Source: an uncultured virus (IMG/VR IMGVR_UViG_3300044730_000954) (lineage: Duplodnaviria; Heunggongvirae; Uroviricota; Caudoviricetes). Taken from it: a DNA stretch of 64,000 nt. A program made the translations under genes and the position numbers. The notes under the pieces are model-generated. The model was given only the letters and a program-made list of their open reading frames with translations, was not told the DNA's origin and did not search any database. The number at the start of each line of letters is the position of its first letter. The stretch's first letter is position 1. Below, piece by piece: positions 18,573 through 29,700 of the stretch. Location: the IMG/VR virus record IMGVR_UViG_3300044730_000954; one strand, 5' to 3'.

Positions 18573-21500
18573 TTATACCTCGCTTAAGTAAACAGTCATA
18601 GATGGGCCATTACTTCCTCTAGAATATTCTATATTATATACTACAAATCTATCTGATTCTTTTGCAACTAAATTAACATCATCACTACTTTTATAATCTA
18701 TTTTTACAATATCTCCAAGCTGTAACGTTGGAATAGTAAATATATTTACTCCTATAGACTTTTTTGGAACCATAACTTTATTTATAATCCAGCCCATTAA
18801 GGCTTCAGCATCGTCTTGGGTTTGAATATATGGAGTATTCAAACTAAAATCATTCTTACCATAAAGCATTCTGCTTATCTTAATAGAATCATATTTTTCT
18901 TTATTAATAAGTGGAGAGTATAGCAAAGAACTACCTTGCAGTGGTGGATCTGATAAATTGCCAACTTTGTTAAAATAATCATCTACGCTTAAATTATATG
19001 TTGTATCTTGTGTAAATGCTATTCCTTGAATTCTTAAATAGTTACCACTTGTAGAATCTAAATTTAGCGCAGTATCTGTTGCATTAAATATTAAAAATTC
19101 TGCACCATATGAATCTGCTTGAAAACCAGATATTGTATAGCCTTTCATTCTATTAAATGTAGGAGAAATTTGTGCATATAGAGCAGGGTATGCACGATCA
19201 TATCTAATATCAAAATATGCACATTCACGCATTATTGTTCCAAATTCATCAAAATACATTTTATACTGTGGTGGTTGAATTGATCCTATACCAGACAAGT
19301 ATGTGTTTTGTACTATACCGCTCATTGCATATTTTCTAAATGATTCATTTGCATCAATTTGTTTGTCTCCAAAGGCAGAAGATAAAGTTTCAGAAACTGC
19401 AAATACGCTATTTTGTGAATAATTTTCTGACAAAGCATATACATTTTCAAACATGCATTTTGAAGATCCACGAACAAATACCGCCATATTATTATAAATT
19501 GGTAATGGATCATTGTCATCTACAACTTTTATTAATTTATTATTAATATATAAATAAAATCTTCTAGTTTTTCCTATATCCTGATATTCAACAGATAAAT
19601 CATATACCGTTGGATTTTCTTCTCCAGCCATCCTATACTGTCCAACAAACTTTCCATCATCAACAATTATGCTAGTAATTCCTCCCCAAAGCTTAATAGG
19701 AATGGCATTATTATTAGATGCGTCTTTTTTTATTTTATAAAAAACAATATTATTTATATTTACTGCTGCCTCTCCATCATTATCAAGTTTTAAATATGAA
19801 TCTATATTTGTTTCTGTAAGAGCAACAATTTCAAAGTAGTATCCATTATTTGTTTCTGGATTAATTAATACACCAATACCGCCAGAACCTCCGCCGATAT
19901 TTACATTTTGATCAGGTTTTACACCATTTACTTGAAAATATGATGTTGATCCAATAGGTGTTTGAACTCTGGTTTCATTATTTTCAATTTTTCCAACAAT
20001 CCTCATTCTTGTTCCAAAATGTTTGTAAGCACCGTCTAAGTTTTTATATACATACGATATAAAATTTAGTGGGGTTTCTGTAGTTTTAAATGATGGTCCA
20101 GTCATAACTAAAGCAGAAGACTGCACCGTTCCAGATTGTGTTGATTTAATTTTACTAATGGATGTTTCACTTAAATAGCTAGTAGCCATAAAGTTTTTAA
20201 TTATACCGTTTCTACTTGATTGTTCTGCTAATGAATTATTAACTCCTGCTGGCCCAGATGTTGTTGCTGGAACAGAGACATCTTCATCAAGTGTTGTAGT
20301 AAACAGGTACTGGGTTTCCATATTACAACCACGAACATGGGAATTGTTATACCAGTATGCATTAATTCCAGCGGTGTGTGAAACTACTGGGGTACCAAAA
20401 CTACCACGCCCATGCTCATATACTGGCCCCTGCTGCAATCTAGTAATCCCTTCAACAGTTTCGTAATATGGCTGAGAGTATATTCTTACTAATCCCGTTG
20501 GATATATTTTTCCATTGAATGGAAGCATGCTAAAATATTTTTGATATTCTTGATTATTAGAAATCCAAACATTGCTTCCTCCATCCCTGTGCGTACTTAG
20601 CCAATTCAAAGTTAATGATTCTTTTTCAATAACAGCTTGGCTAGATGTTATTTGACCAGATTTTATCTTATTACTTATTTCTATATCAAATTGATTCTCT
20701 ACTTCTGTTGGTATAGATTTCCCTGGCAAAATTATTTGAGGATAGGATGTATCAATTAAACCATTGTCTAAAATTGGATACCAAACTCCAAGACCAACAT
20801 TAAATTGAACAGCATCATACTTAATAATTTCACCATTAGAATATAAATACCCTTGATATCTAGTTGAAAAATATACGCTTTCTCCAAGATCAATTGTATT
20901 ATTTATTACAATACCGTTTGATACAGTTGGTAGTTGATTTGATAAATCAGAATTTAATGGCATAGCCCCAAGAACATAAGATCCTTGTTTTGATGGTATT
21001 TCATTAATGGTCTTATTCTGTTCATCTCCAGAAACCTCCCATAGCAATGATGGTTCATAAACCCAAACCTTTTCACGATCTACCAGATTTTGTTCTCTAA
21101 TTGATCCATAAGATCTTTTTATATATCTGCTAGTATATGAAATTTGTCCATCGTTATATACCCGTTTATCTTGAGACGATATTGAAATAATATTTGGCAA
21201 GTTTCCAGATGTAGCATTTTGTATAATTCCAGAATCCGTTTGATTATTAGATCCAGAAAGAGTAAAATCTAGTTCTCTATCGCCCTCTTCTGGCATTATA
21301 TAATTTTTACTCATAACAATAAAATTATTATATTCATCAAAAAACATCGCAGACTGTGTAGATATTGCTAACTGATTTAACACCTCAGCAACATTTTGAT
21401 CTGGCGCTATAAAGAAAAATGGAATTATAGGATCACTTTCTCCAGATATTCTTTTAAAGGTATAGTTTGTAAATCCAATAAAGTCTAACAATGTTGATAC

Positions 21501-23093
21501 TGCAACACTTAGTGATGTCTGTGTTAGCAAAAGTTGTGGAGCTGGCATTGATTCTAAAAAGAAATAAAAATCTCTAAGATTTATTGATATAGTGCCTGCA
21601 GTAATATCAGCCTGCGGCATCCCCTCTGAATATAGTGTTTTAATAGGTATAAAATAATCTGCATCATTAACATTTAATATTTTTTCATAAAAAGAAAATT
21701 TAATATTTTTTTGTAAATATGGAGCAACTATACTAAGCGGATTATTATAATTAAAATATTGTTGTTCATCAAAAATGCTTATGGATCCAGTTGAGGCTAA
21801 AAGTTGTCCTACAGGTAATGATGTTATACCTATATCAGACAATATTTTATTAACTCTATACTCTATTACTCTATCAGATATATCAGAAACAAGTCTTGGA
21901 GACATTTCAATTAAATCAAAAGTGCTATCAAATTTATTCATTATTTCAACAATAACTCTGATACCCTGTATAAATTGCATCTCTCTATATTCTGTATCTC
22001 CAGTTAATGGATTAATATATGTATTTAAATAACTAAAATCTGTAACAAAATTACTTTTATTAGAAATCTCTTCTGATCCAAGGCTCCATCCATATGTTGG
22101 TATAAATGTTTGATACCCCGATTGAGTATAAATATAAAATGTACCAATTGAGTTTTCATCTTCAATAACTAAATAAGAATCTCCTATGTTGGCGTTTAAT
22201 GGTAATAATGTTGAAGAAGATAAAGTTTCTTTAAAAGAAAAAATAGATTTATAATCATTTGGAACTACTAGACCATACTGTATTTCAACATATCCATCAG
22301 ATTTTATAATTGGCGATCCATATTCTCTTGTACTATTTTCATTAAATGCTATTGCATCTATCCAATTATTATTAACCAAATATTGAATTTTCCATCTAGA
22401 TGGAGTTGATTTATTTTGTTCTCCAAATAATGGATCATCAATTTGTCCAGTTTGTGTTATGTATGGACCAAGGTTTACTGTTCCAACGTTTGTTTGCATT
22501 TTTATAATAATTCTATTGGATGGCACTGGATTTTTATAAACTACAAACGGTACAGCGTCATCAATATAATTTAGTCCATTTAATATATTATTAGCTATTC
22601 CATATTCAATATTATTCTCAGTTCTATATGATGTCCAATATTTGAATTGATCATATCTTGATGCCATATAGTATCTTGGCCTTTCAGCCATAGCAGAACC
22701 TGAATTAGCCAAATAGCGATTATTTAAATATAGTAGTTTATTAATTCCAGAACGTGGCCTAAATGGTTTTAAACAATCTTCTAGGGAATAAATCATTTTC
22801 ATTTTGTCTTTTTTATATGTAAATTGCTGTGGTACATCATTATCTGTAAACCCGTTATCAACAACAACATCTGCATCTGTAGCTCCAGTATAATAATTCC
22901 CTGAGTCTAAATTGTCAAAGCTATTTGGAACAGTATGATAAATTGAAGAAGAATCATCTGGTCTGTATCTATAATTTCCAACTAAAAAAATATTATCTGG
23001 CATATTCATATTCCATTCAGCCAGAACTAAGGAGTTTAAACTTATTGTAGGAGAAGTTTCCAAATACTGTTGTAATTCATCATTTACAAACAT
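18573..23093 (-). CDS. Large tail tip/baseplate hub protein
   Basis: 1506 aa after Dit; VAEVLNQLAIST..MFFDEY and PTLQLGDIVKI hub-like motifs. Confidence 0.7.
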   Translation of the reverse strand: MFVNDELQQYLETSPTISLNSLVLAEWNMNMPDNIFLVGNYRYRPDDSSSIYHTVPNSFDNLDSGNYYTGATDADVVVDNGFTDNDVPQQFTYKKDKMKMIYSLEDCLKPFRPRSGINKLLYLNNRYLANSGSAMAERPRYYMASRYDQFKYWTSYRTENNIEYGIANNILNGLNYIDDAVPFVVYKNPVPSNRIIIKMQTNVGTVNLGPYITQTGQIDDPLFGEQNKSTPSRWKIQYLVNNNWIDAIAFNENSTREYGSPIIKSDGYVEIQYGLVVPNDYKSIFSFKETLSSSTLLPLNANIGDSYLVIEDENSIGTFYIYTQSGYQTFIPTYGWSLGSEEISNKSNFVTDFSYLNTYINPLTGDTEYREMQFIQGIRVIVEIMNKFDSTFDLIEMSPRLVSDISDRVIEYRVNKILSDIGITSLPVGQLLASTGSISIFDEQQYFNYNNPLSIVAPYLQKNIKFSFYEKILNVNDADYFIPIKTLYSEGMPQADITAGTISINLRDFYFFLESMPAPQLLLTQTSLSVAVSTLLDFIGFTNYTFKRISGESDPIIPFFFIAPDQNVAEVLNQLAISTQSAMFFDEYNNFIVMSKNYIMPEEGDRELDFTLSGSNNQTDSGIIQNATSGNLPNIISISSQDKRVYNDGQISYTSRYIKRSYGSIREQNLVDREKVWVYEPSLLWEVSGDEQNKTINEIPSKQGSYVLGAMPLNSDLSNQLPTVSNGIVINNTIDLGESVYFSTRYQGYLYSNGEIIKYDAVQFNVGLGVWYPILDNGLIDTSYPQIILPGKSIPTEVENQFDIEISNKIKSGQITSSQAVIEKESLTLNWLSTHRDGGSNVWISNNQEYQKYFSMLPFNGKIYPTGLVRIYSQPYYETVEGITRLQQGPVYEHGRGSFGTPVVSHTAGINAYWYNNSHVRGCNMETQYLFTTTLDEDVSVPATTSGPAGVNNSLAEQSSRNGIIKNFMATSYLSETSISKIKSTQSGTVQSSALVMTGPSFKTTETPLNFISYVYKNLDGAYKHFGTRMRIVGKIENNETRVQTPIGSTSYFQVNGVKPDQNVNIGGGSGGIGVLINPETNNGYYFEIVALTETNIDSYLKLDNDGEAAVNINNIVFYKIKKDASNNNAIPIKLWGGITSIIVDDGKFVGQYRMAGEENPTVYDLSVEYQDIGKTRRFYLYINNKLIKVVDDNDPLPIYNNMAVFVRGSSKCMFENVYALSENYSQNSVFAVSETLSSAFGDKQIDANESFRKYAMSGIVQNTYLSGIGSIQPPQYKMYFDEFGTIMRECAYFDIRYDRAYPALYAQISPTFNRMKGYTISGFQADSYGAEFLIFNATDTALNLDSTSGNYLRIQGIAFTQDTTYNLSVDDYFNKVGNLSDPPLQGSSLLYSPLINKEKYDSIKISRMLYGKNDFSLNTPYIQTQDDAEALMGWIINKVMVPKKSIGVNIFTIPTLQLGDIVKIDYKSSDDVNLVAKESDRFVVYNIEYSRGSNGPSMTVYLSEV

Positions 23094-23732
23094 TTAAACT
23101 TCTTCCAGTGTTACCGATATATTCCACATGTCAAAATTATTTCCACCACGTTTTACTACCGAATATTTAAAGTCTGAAAAATATACCTGTATTACTTCAT
23201 TATACTGATTCAAATGTGTGAACGCTTCATTATCATCACCAAAATTAGAATAGTTGTCATATGCTAAAAACATCCAAAATGGTCCAGGATGTGAGTTGTA
23301 CCAGTCTAGTATTTCTACTCCTCCAGCGCCTCCATCAGCAGTATATTCTTGATCATTATTTTGATATGGTGAAATACCAGTATTAATATTGAATTCGGCA
23401 TTTTGAAAAAATCCTCTTGAAGGTAATAAATTCCAGGATAAACCTATTTGCATTTTATCTGCTATATGATAAGATCTCATTCTTCCATTTATAGTTCTTT
23501 GTCTTTGCTCAATTCTTTGTACACCAAAACTAATTTCATTTCTATTATGATCAGATAAGATAATGAATTGATCTATTAAATCTGGGTCAGTACCGCCTGG
23601 AACATCAGATCCAACTTCGTATCCATCTGGTAAATAAATTCCTCCAGTAAGAGTTCCAGGATTGTTAGACCATAAAACTGCTTGTGGTCTTTGGTATTTT
23701 CTTCTTCCTGTTAAATATCCTGCGGTAGCCAT
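23094..23732 (-). CDS. Distal tail protein (Dit-like)
   Basis: Directly after tape measure; RTINGRMR, ends WNISVTLEEV. Confidence 0.7.
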   Translation of the reverse strand: MATAGYLTGRRKYQRPQAVLWSNNPGTLTGGIYLPDGYEVGSDVPGGTDPDLIDQFIILSDHNRNEISFGVQRIEQRQRTINGRMRSYHIADKMQIGLSWNLLPSRGFFQNAEFNINTGISPYQNNDQEYTADGGAGGVEILDWYNSHPGPFWMFLAYDNYSNFGDDNEAFTHLNQYNEVIQVYFSDFKYSVVKRGGNNFDMWNISVTLEEV

Positions 23733-26700
23733 TATGCTCTTTGACCTCTAATTCTTTGTAAATCAATATATCTAATTTCATCTATAACAGCTTTGGCAAT
23801 ACTATCTGCACTTGCATTTGTACTACCTACATTAATATCAACACTATAATTATACACTGTATTGGAATTATCACTTACAGAACTTATTGCATTTTGAACA
23901 GGCATTGAAAAAGCGGTTGGTCTAGAAACAGCATATGTAGGTTGTTGATAAGACTGGGTAATAACATTTCCAAGATTTGAGCTAGATTTAAGTTTTCTTG
24001 CAATCATTGATGGATACTTAGATTCATTAATAGCATTTAATAAAGGACCAAAAGATTTTGCGGCTGATTTATTCATTACAAACTCTCCTGGAGTTAAAAG
24101 AGCTGGAACAGAATCAGAGCCTACCCTACCACCAAATGCCATTGGCTTAATTTTTCCACCATACATTTTTGCCTGAATGCCCGTTATTGCTGTTCTTCCA
24201 TCAACTGTCTTAGTTGATGTCACTGTTCCTTTTGATACAAGCCCAGACGATTGAGATGAATTTGCTGCTGCAATATTTGCTGCTGCTTTTCTTGCTGCTT
24301 CTGCAACGGCATCCCATCCTTTTGCAATGTCTCCAACTAAATTTTTTCCAGCATCAAGAACTTTGTTATATTTATCAGCTTCTATTTCAGCAGCTTTCAA
24401 TGCAAGAGCAGAAAGTTCCCATTTAGCTTTTTCAAGATCAATAGCATCTAGTCTACTTTTTAGTTCATCTTTAACTTTATCAAGTGCAGCCTGTTTATCT
24501 GATAACTCTTTTTCACGAAGGGGAAGTAAGTCATTTTGTAATTTATATAAGGCATCTTCATTTATACGAATATTTGCTACTGCTGTTTCTCTACCTCTTT
24601 CAAGAACATATATTTCGTCTTCTTTAGATCTTATTTGCTCTAGTAAAACAGGTCTTGCTAATTCAATATTATAAATTTGGTCTTGTTTTGCAAGAATTTC
24701 TGCTTGAACAAGATCACGTTTTTCTTCAAGAGCAAATATCTGTTGTCCAATTTGGAACTGCTGCTGTTCAATTTGAGCACGAGTTAATCCACTAACTGGT
24801 CCACGAAGACCACCAATTTCAGTCTCTCGTGCTGCCTGAAGAGTTCCTGTAGCACGTTGTGCTGCTGCTGCTGCTGCCTGCGCTCTTGATTCTTGTATTG
24901 CTTGAGCAGCAGCAGAAATATCTCCACGTGTTAAAGCATCCGCAACAGAAAGCCTTTGTTTATCTTGATTAATAATTTCTTGATTAACATCTGCAATTTG
25001 TTGTAATGCTTTTTCTTGTGCATCATATTTTGCATTTATTCCTTCAGCAGCTTTATCAATTAATGTTAGATCATTTGCAAGATCTGAAGATTGTTCTTGA
25101 AGAGCAGCAATTGGTCTATCAAACTGTATTTCAATATTACGTTGTAGCTTAGATATCTGTTTATTTAACTCTTCTATTGGCCTATCAATCTGAGTTTCAA
25201 TTTGTCTTTGTAGTCTTTGTATATCTTTTTGCAAAACCTCAATTGGTCTTGTAAAGTTCATTTCTACATCTCTTTGATCTGCCTGTATCTTTCTTTGTAG
25301 ATCTGATATTTGTTTTTGTACATCATTTACAGCATCTTGTGCAGCCTTTACTTCTTTTTCTGCATCAATAATTTTAGGTTTATATTCTGCTTCTGCCATT
25401 TTAGATTGAATATCAAAAACTTCCATGGCTTTACTAAATGCTTCATCAAATTGATCCTGTACAGATTTAGTATTTAATAAAATATCAATTTGTTTTAATT
25501 CTGGAATTTGTTCAATATATTTTTTTAATTTTTGAGAATCTACCTGGCCATCTTTAAGATCTTCAATAAATTTTTCTGCTAATATTGGATTAGATAATAT
25601 TTCTCTTATATCTTCTCCCTCAAGTCCAAGTTTTTGTAGTATAGGAATAATATTTGCAAATTTTTGTTGAAATTCAACTTCAGCATTTCTTGTTTCAAAG
25701 AATTTCTTTAGTTCTCCCTTTGCAAGTTCTATGTTTACATTTTTTATTAAATAAATAAGCTCTTCCCATTTTTTTGTTCCAACTTTTGTAGTAGCCAGTG
25801 CAGCAGCAAGAATTGGATCAGATGCAATCTCAAATGCCTTACCTGTTTCAATTCCAGCTCTTTTCAACCGATTATATGCTTTATTTGTATATGCTAACTC
25901 TAACTGCTGCTGTTTAAGTTGTTCAATTGCTTTCTGAAATGCAGATTTTTCTCCATCTTTGCCGCCAGTTTTAGTTCCAAGTAATTTTTTAATTTCTTCT
26001 TCTGTTACCTTAGCAGCATCAAGAATCATTTTTTTATATCGTTCAAGATTTAGTTGTGCCTGAACAAGCGCTGTTGCATCTCCAGTATATCCAGCATTTA
26101 CTTGTTTAATTGCTGAGGCAAGTCCAGGAAGTATAGCTGTAAGACCTAAAGCTTGTGCTCTTAGCATTAACATTGCATCTGCGTTATTTGTAATTCCTAC
26201 AAATAGTTTTTGTGTTTCTGGTTCTAATAGTTTAATTGCTGCATTAAGAGCTAACATAGAAGATCCAGGATTTGCGGCTTCTAGGGCTTTCATTTGTGCC
26301 TCTAGTTGATTAAATCCTTGATTAAATTCTTTAGCCCCTATAGCACCAGATTTTAAACCGCCAGCAAGTCCAGTCATCATATTAAATAGATTTTGACCAG
26401 CTGCAGCTGATGCTCTTTGTAGTGCTATTGTAGGCTTAAGCTCTTTTGTATAATAGCTGTACATAGCGCCGTTTTCATAAATTCCTTGTTTTAATACTTC
26501 AACTTCTTTATATCCAGTTTTTGCTGCTACAGCCAATTCATTTGTTATATCAGAGGCAAGTTTAGCAAATCCAGACTGGCCCTCTTCTGTTTTAAGATCT
26601 AAAGACTTAAGATCAATTTTTACATCGGTTTTTCCTGCTTCTTCACGCAAAGCATCAATTACATCAGAAATCATTTCTTTGCCAAAGCCTTGTCCAGCAA

Positions 26701-29700
26701 GAGATAAGGCTATAGTTCTAAATGTAATTTCTGCTTCTTTAGCAGTTGCCTTTCTTAGTTCTGCTATATCATCTGCAAAATCTTTTTGGAAAGACTCTGT
26801 TGCTTTTAATTCATCAACCCTTCCTCGTCTTTCAGCAGTCATTCTGATCTGTGGAACACCTTGAGTCATAGGATTTTGTGTGGGCTTTATTCCAAAAAAA
26901 TCACCAAGAGTTTTTAATTTTTGAGATGTTATATTTGCAGCATCCGCAAGCCCCATTATTGCACGACGTTCTTTTTCTCTTTGGTTATTAATAAATTTAA
27001 ACGCTGCAATAGATAGACTAACTACTCCAACAAGAGCACCTACTACTCCAGCAAATCTTAGTAAAAATTTTCCTGCAGTTAATAGTTTAGACCCAAATCC
27101 AGCAGTATTTGCAAATAATCCTTTAAAGCTTGTTGCACCCATAGCGGTAGCAATTTTATTTGCTCTTGCAGCAACTACATTTGCAAACATTTCTTGTGTA
27201 AGTAGTTGTACTACTGACATTAAACCAAACATTAGTCCTGATATTTTAAATACCGCTTCGGATAGTCCTTGGAATCTACCGCCGAATGCTGATGCGACAC
27301 CGCTAACACTTGTAAGAGCAAAAGAAACACCCATAAGTGCACTATTAAATTTAGCTAGATTTTTGGTTGATCCACCAAATCCACCAGCACCACCATCTCC
27401 TCCAGCAGCGCCTCCTAAACCTCTTCCAGCATTTCTTGCTCCACCTCCACCGCCAGTTCCTTGATTAACGCCATCAATTGCAGCGTCTCCTAGATTTTGA
27501 CCAGCTAGTGTTACGTCATCCATTCCTTCAAACATGCCTTGTTCAAGACCGCCAACTACATTGTCACCTTCTTTTATTGCTCTTCTTGAATTAGATTGAG
27601 ACTGTGTGCCTTGTGCTATTCCTCTTATTGCTGCATCTCCGAGCTGAACACCAGCAATTCCTGCTTCTTGTGCTTCTTGAAATAAGGCTTGTGTAAAAGC
27701 TCCAGCATCGTCTTTGAGTTCTAGTAGTCTTGCTTTTGCTTCAACACTTAGCTGATTCCACATATTTTGTAAAGATTGAACATTTAGTCCTGATATTTGT
27801 GCTATTTCATCACCAATATTAAATGCTTTTGTAATTTCTTCTCTAAAGTTTAATACTTTTCTTTCAACTTGCTCAAGTGCTCTAAGATCTTTTTCAGGAT
27901 TATATGCTCTTTGCTCTTTAGTTTCGTAAAAATCTCCCTGCAATCTTACATCCGTTACAGCAGCAGCTGCTCTGCTTTGATATGCTAAAGATACATCTTT
28001 TGATTCTGCTCCACGCTTTGCAACTTGACCGAGTACAGATGCACCAGCTCTAGTTGTTGGATGAATTCCTTCTTGTAATTGTTTTAATTCGGCCTCAAAT
28101 TGATCAATAGACATATTTAATTTTTGTGCCATTTCCGCAATGTCTGTTTGTGATAATGAATCAGTTACTTTATGAATGCTATTTAAATAATTATTTATTC
28201 CGCCAAGATCTGCAATAAGATTATCAGCATTCCATAGTTTGGCATCAACTATCTCACCAGCAACCTCTATTTGTTGAACCTGTTCAGAAATATGAGATGC
28301 TTGTTTTCTTTGTAAAGCACCTATCTTTCTATTTATTTCTTCAGCACCAAAACCAAGTTGTTCAAGATATGAACGAACGGATTCATCAATTGCCTGTAAT
28401 TCTGCATCAAGTGTTGACCAGTTAATTTTACTAGTTTGTCCTTTAATTGCAGATGGTGCTTTATATAATGCTACTTTATCCATGCTCTTTATATCTGAAG
28501 CTGTTTTAGTAAATGTTCCCGATGCTGATCCAGTTCTTCCTATTCTATATCCTGGAATATTTCCTGCAATCATTCCCTGTATTAGTGGTGCATATTTCTT
28601 TGCCATGTCTGCTGGAATAACTGCTTCTCCTGGAGTAAGCATTGCTGGAACTGTATCCTGATTACCACTTCCAGGAACGGATATAATTCCAGTATTAAAT
28701 CCTGGTAAGAATGGTTGACGCATCATTCCAGGATTTATTTTTGAAAAGTTTGCTCCAGCAACTATTGCTCTTTCATATGACTGTGCAAGTTTTTGTACTG
28801 CGCCAGATTCCACATTGAATGTTTGTATTAATCTAGCATGTGACTGATCAAGAGAGTGTGCAACAGCTAAAGCATTTTGTTGCTCAACTGTTAAATATTG
28901 TGTTTGTTCTCCAAGCACTTGTGACTGTCCAGTTAATCTTAAATATCCATTACGAAGAAGAGCTAATGATTTTATACCATTTGCAATAAAATTAGCAATC
29001 AAACCAAATGTCATAAGTGCTACTGGAGCAATCCCTCCAAGCGTTACTGTAATTACTGTTATTGCTTTTTTAACACCAGATGATAAGTTATTAAATTTTT
29101 CAGCGATACTTCCTACAAAATCAAGAATTGGTGTTACTGATTCTAAAAATACTTGTCCAATTGGAACTAATGTTAATCTTAAGTCTTCTACTGCCTTACG
29201 AAATTTATTCATAGACGATTCGGCAGTCATTCCTAATTCTGACTCAGCAGTTGCTGCTAAATCCTCAGCAGAATATCCAGCAAGTTCAAGAACACGTGCA
29301 GCCTGTGTTCCGCTAGAAGTTACATTTTCAAAAAGTGTTGATAAACGAGCAAATTGAAATTTTCCAAATAATTGCTCAATAGCCCGAGCACGTGTTAATG
29401 GATCTAATGTATCTAATGCCTTTGCAAACTCAACAACTGTAGCTCTTAAATTTCCCTGATTACCCTCAACTATTTGCTTTATATTAATTCCCATATTAGC
29501 AAGCATTGCAGATGCTTTTTCAGTTGGATTGATTAATGCTGCAAGACCAGACTTTAATGCGTTAGCACCTTCTGATGCATTTACACCACCCTGTTTCATA
29601 GCAGTCATAAAAAATGCTAAATCTTTTACATCTCCACCCAGTTGCATGATAACTGGTGCTACTTTAGGAATTGCAGTAGTAATATCATCAAGAGAAACAA

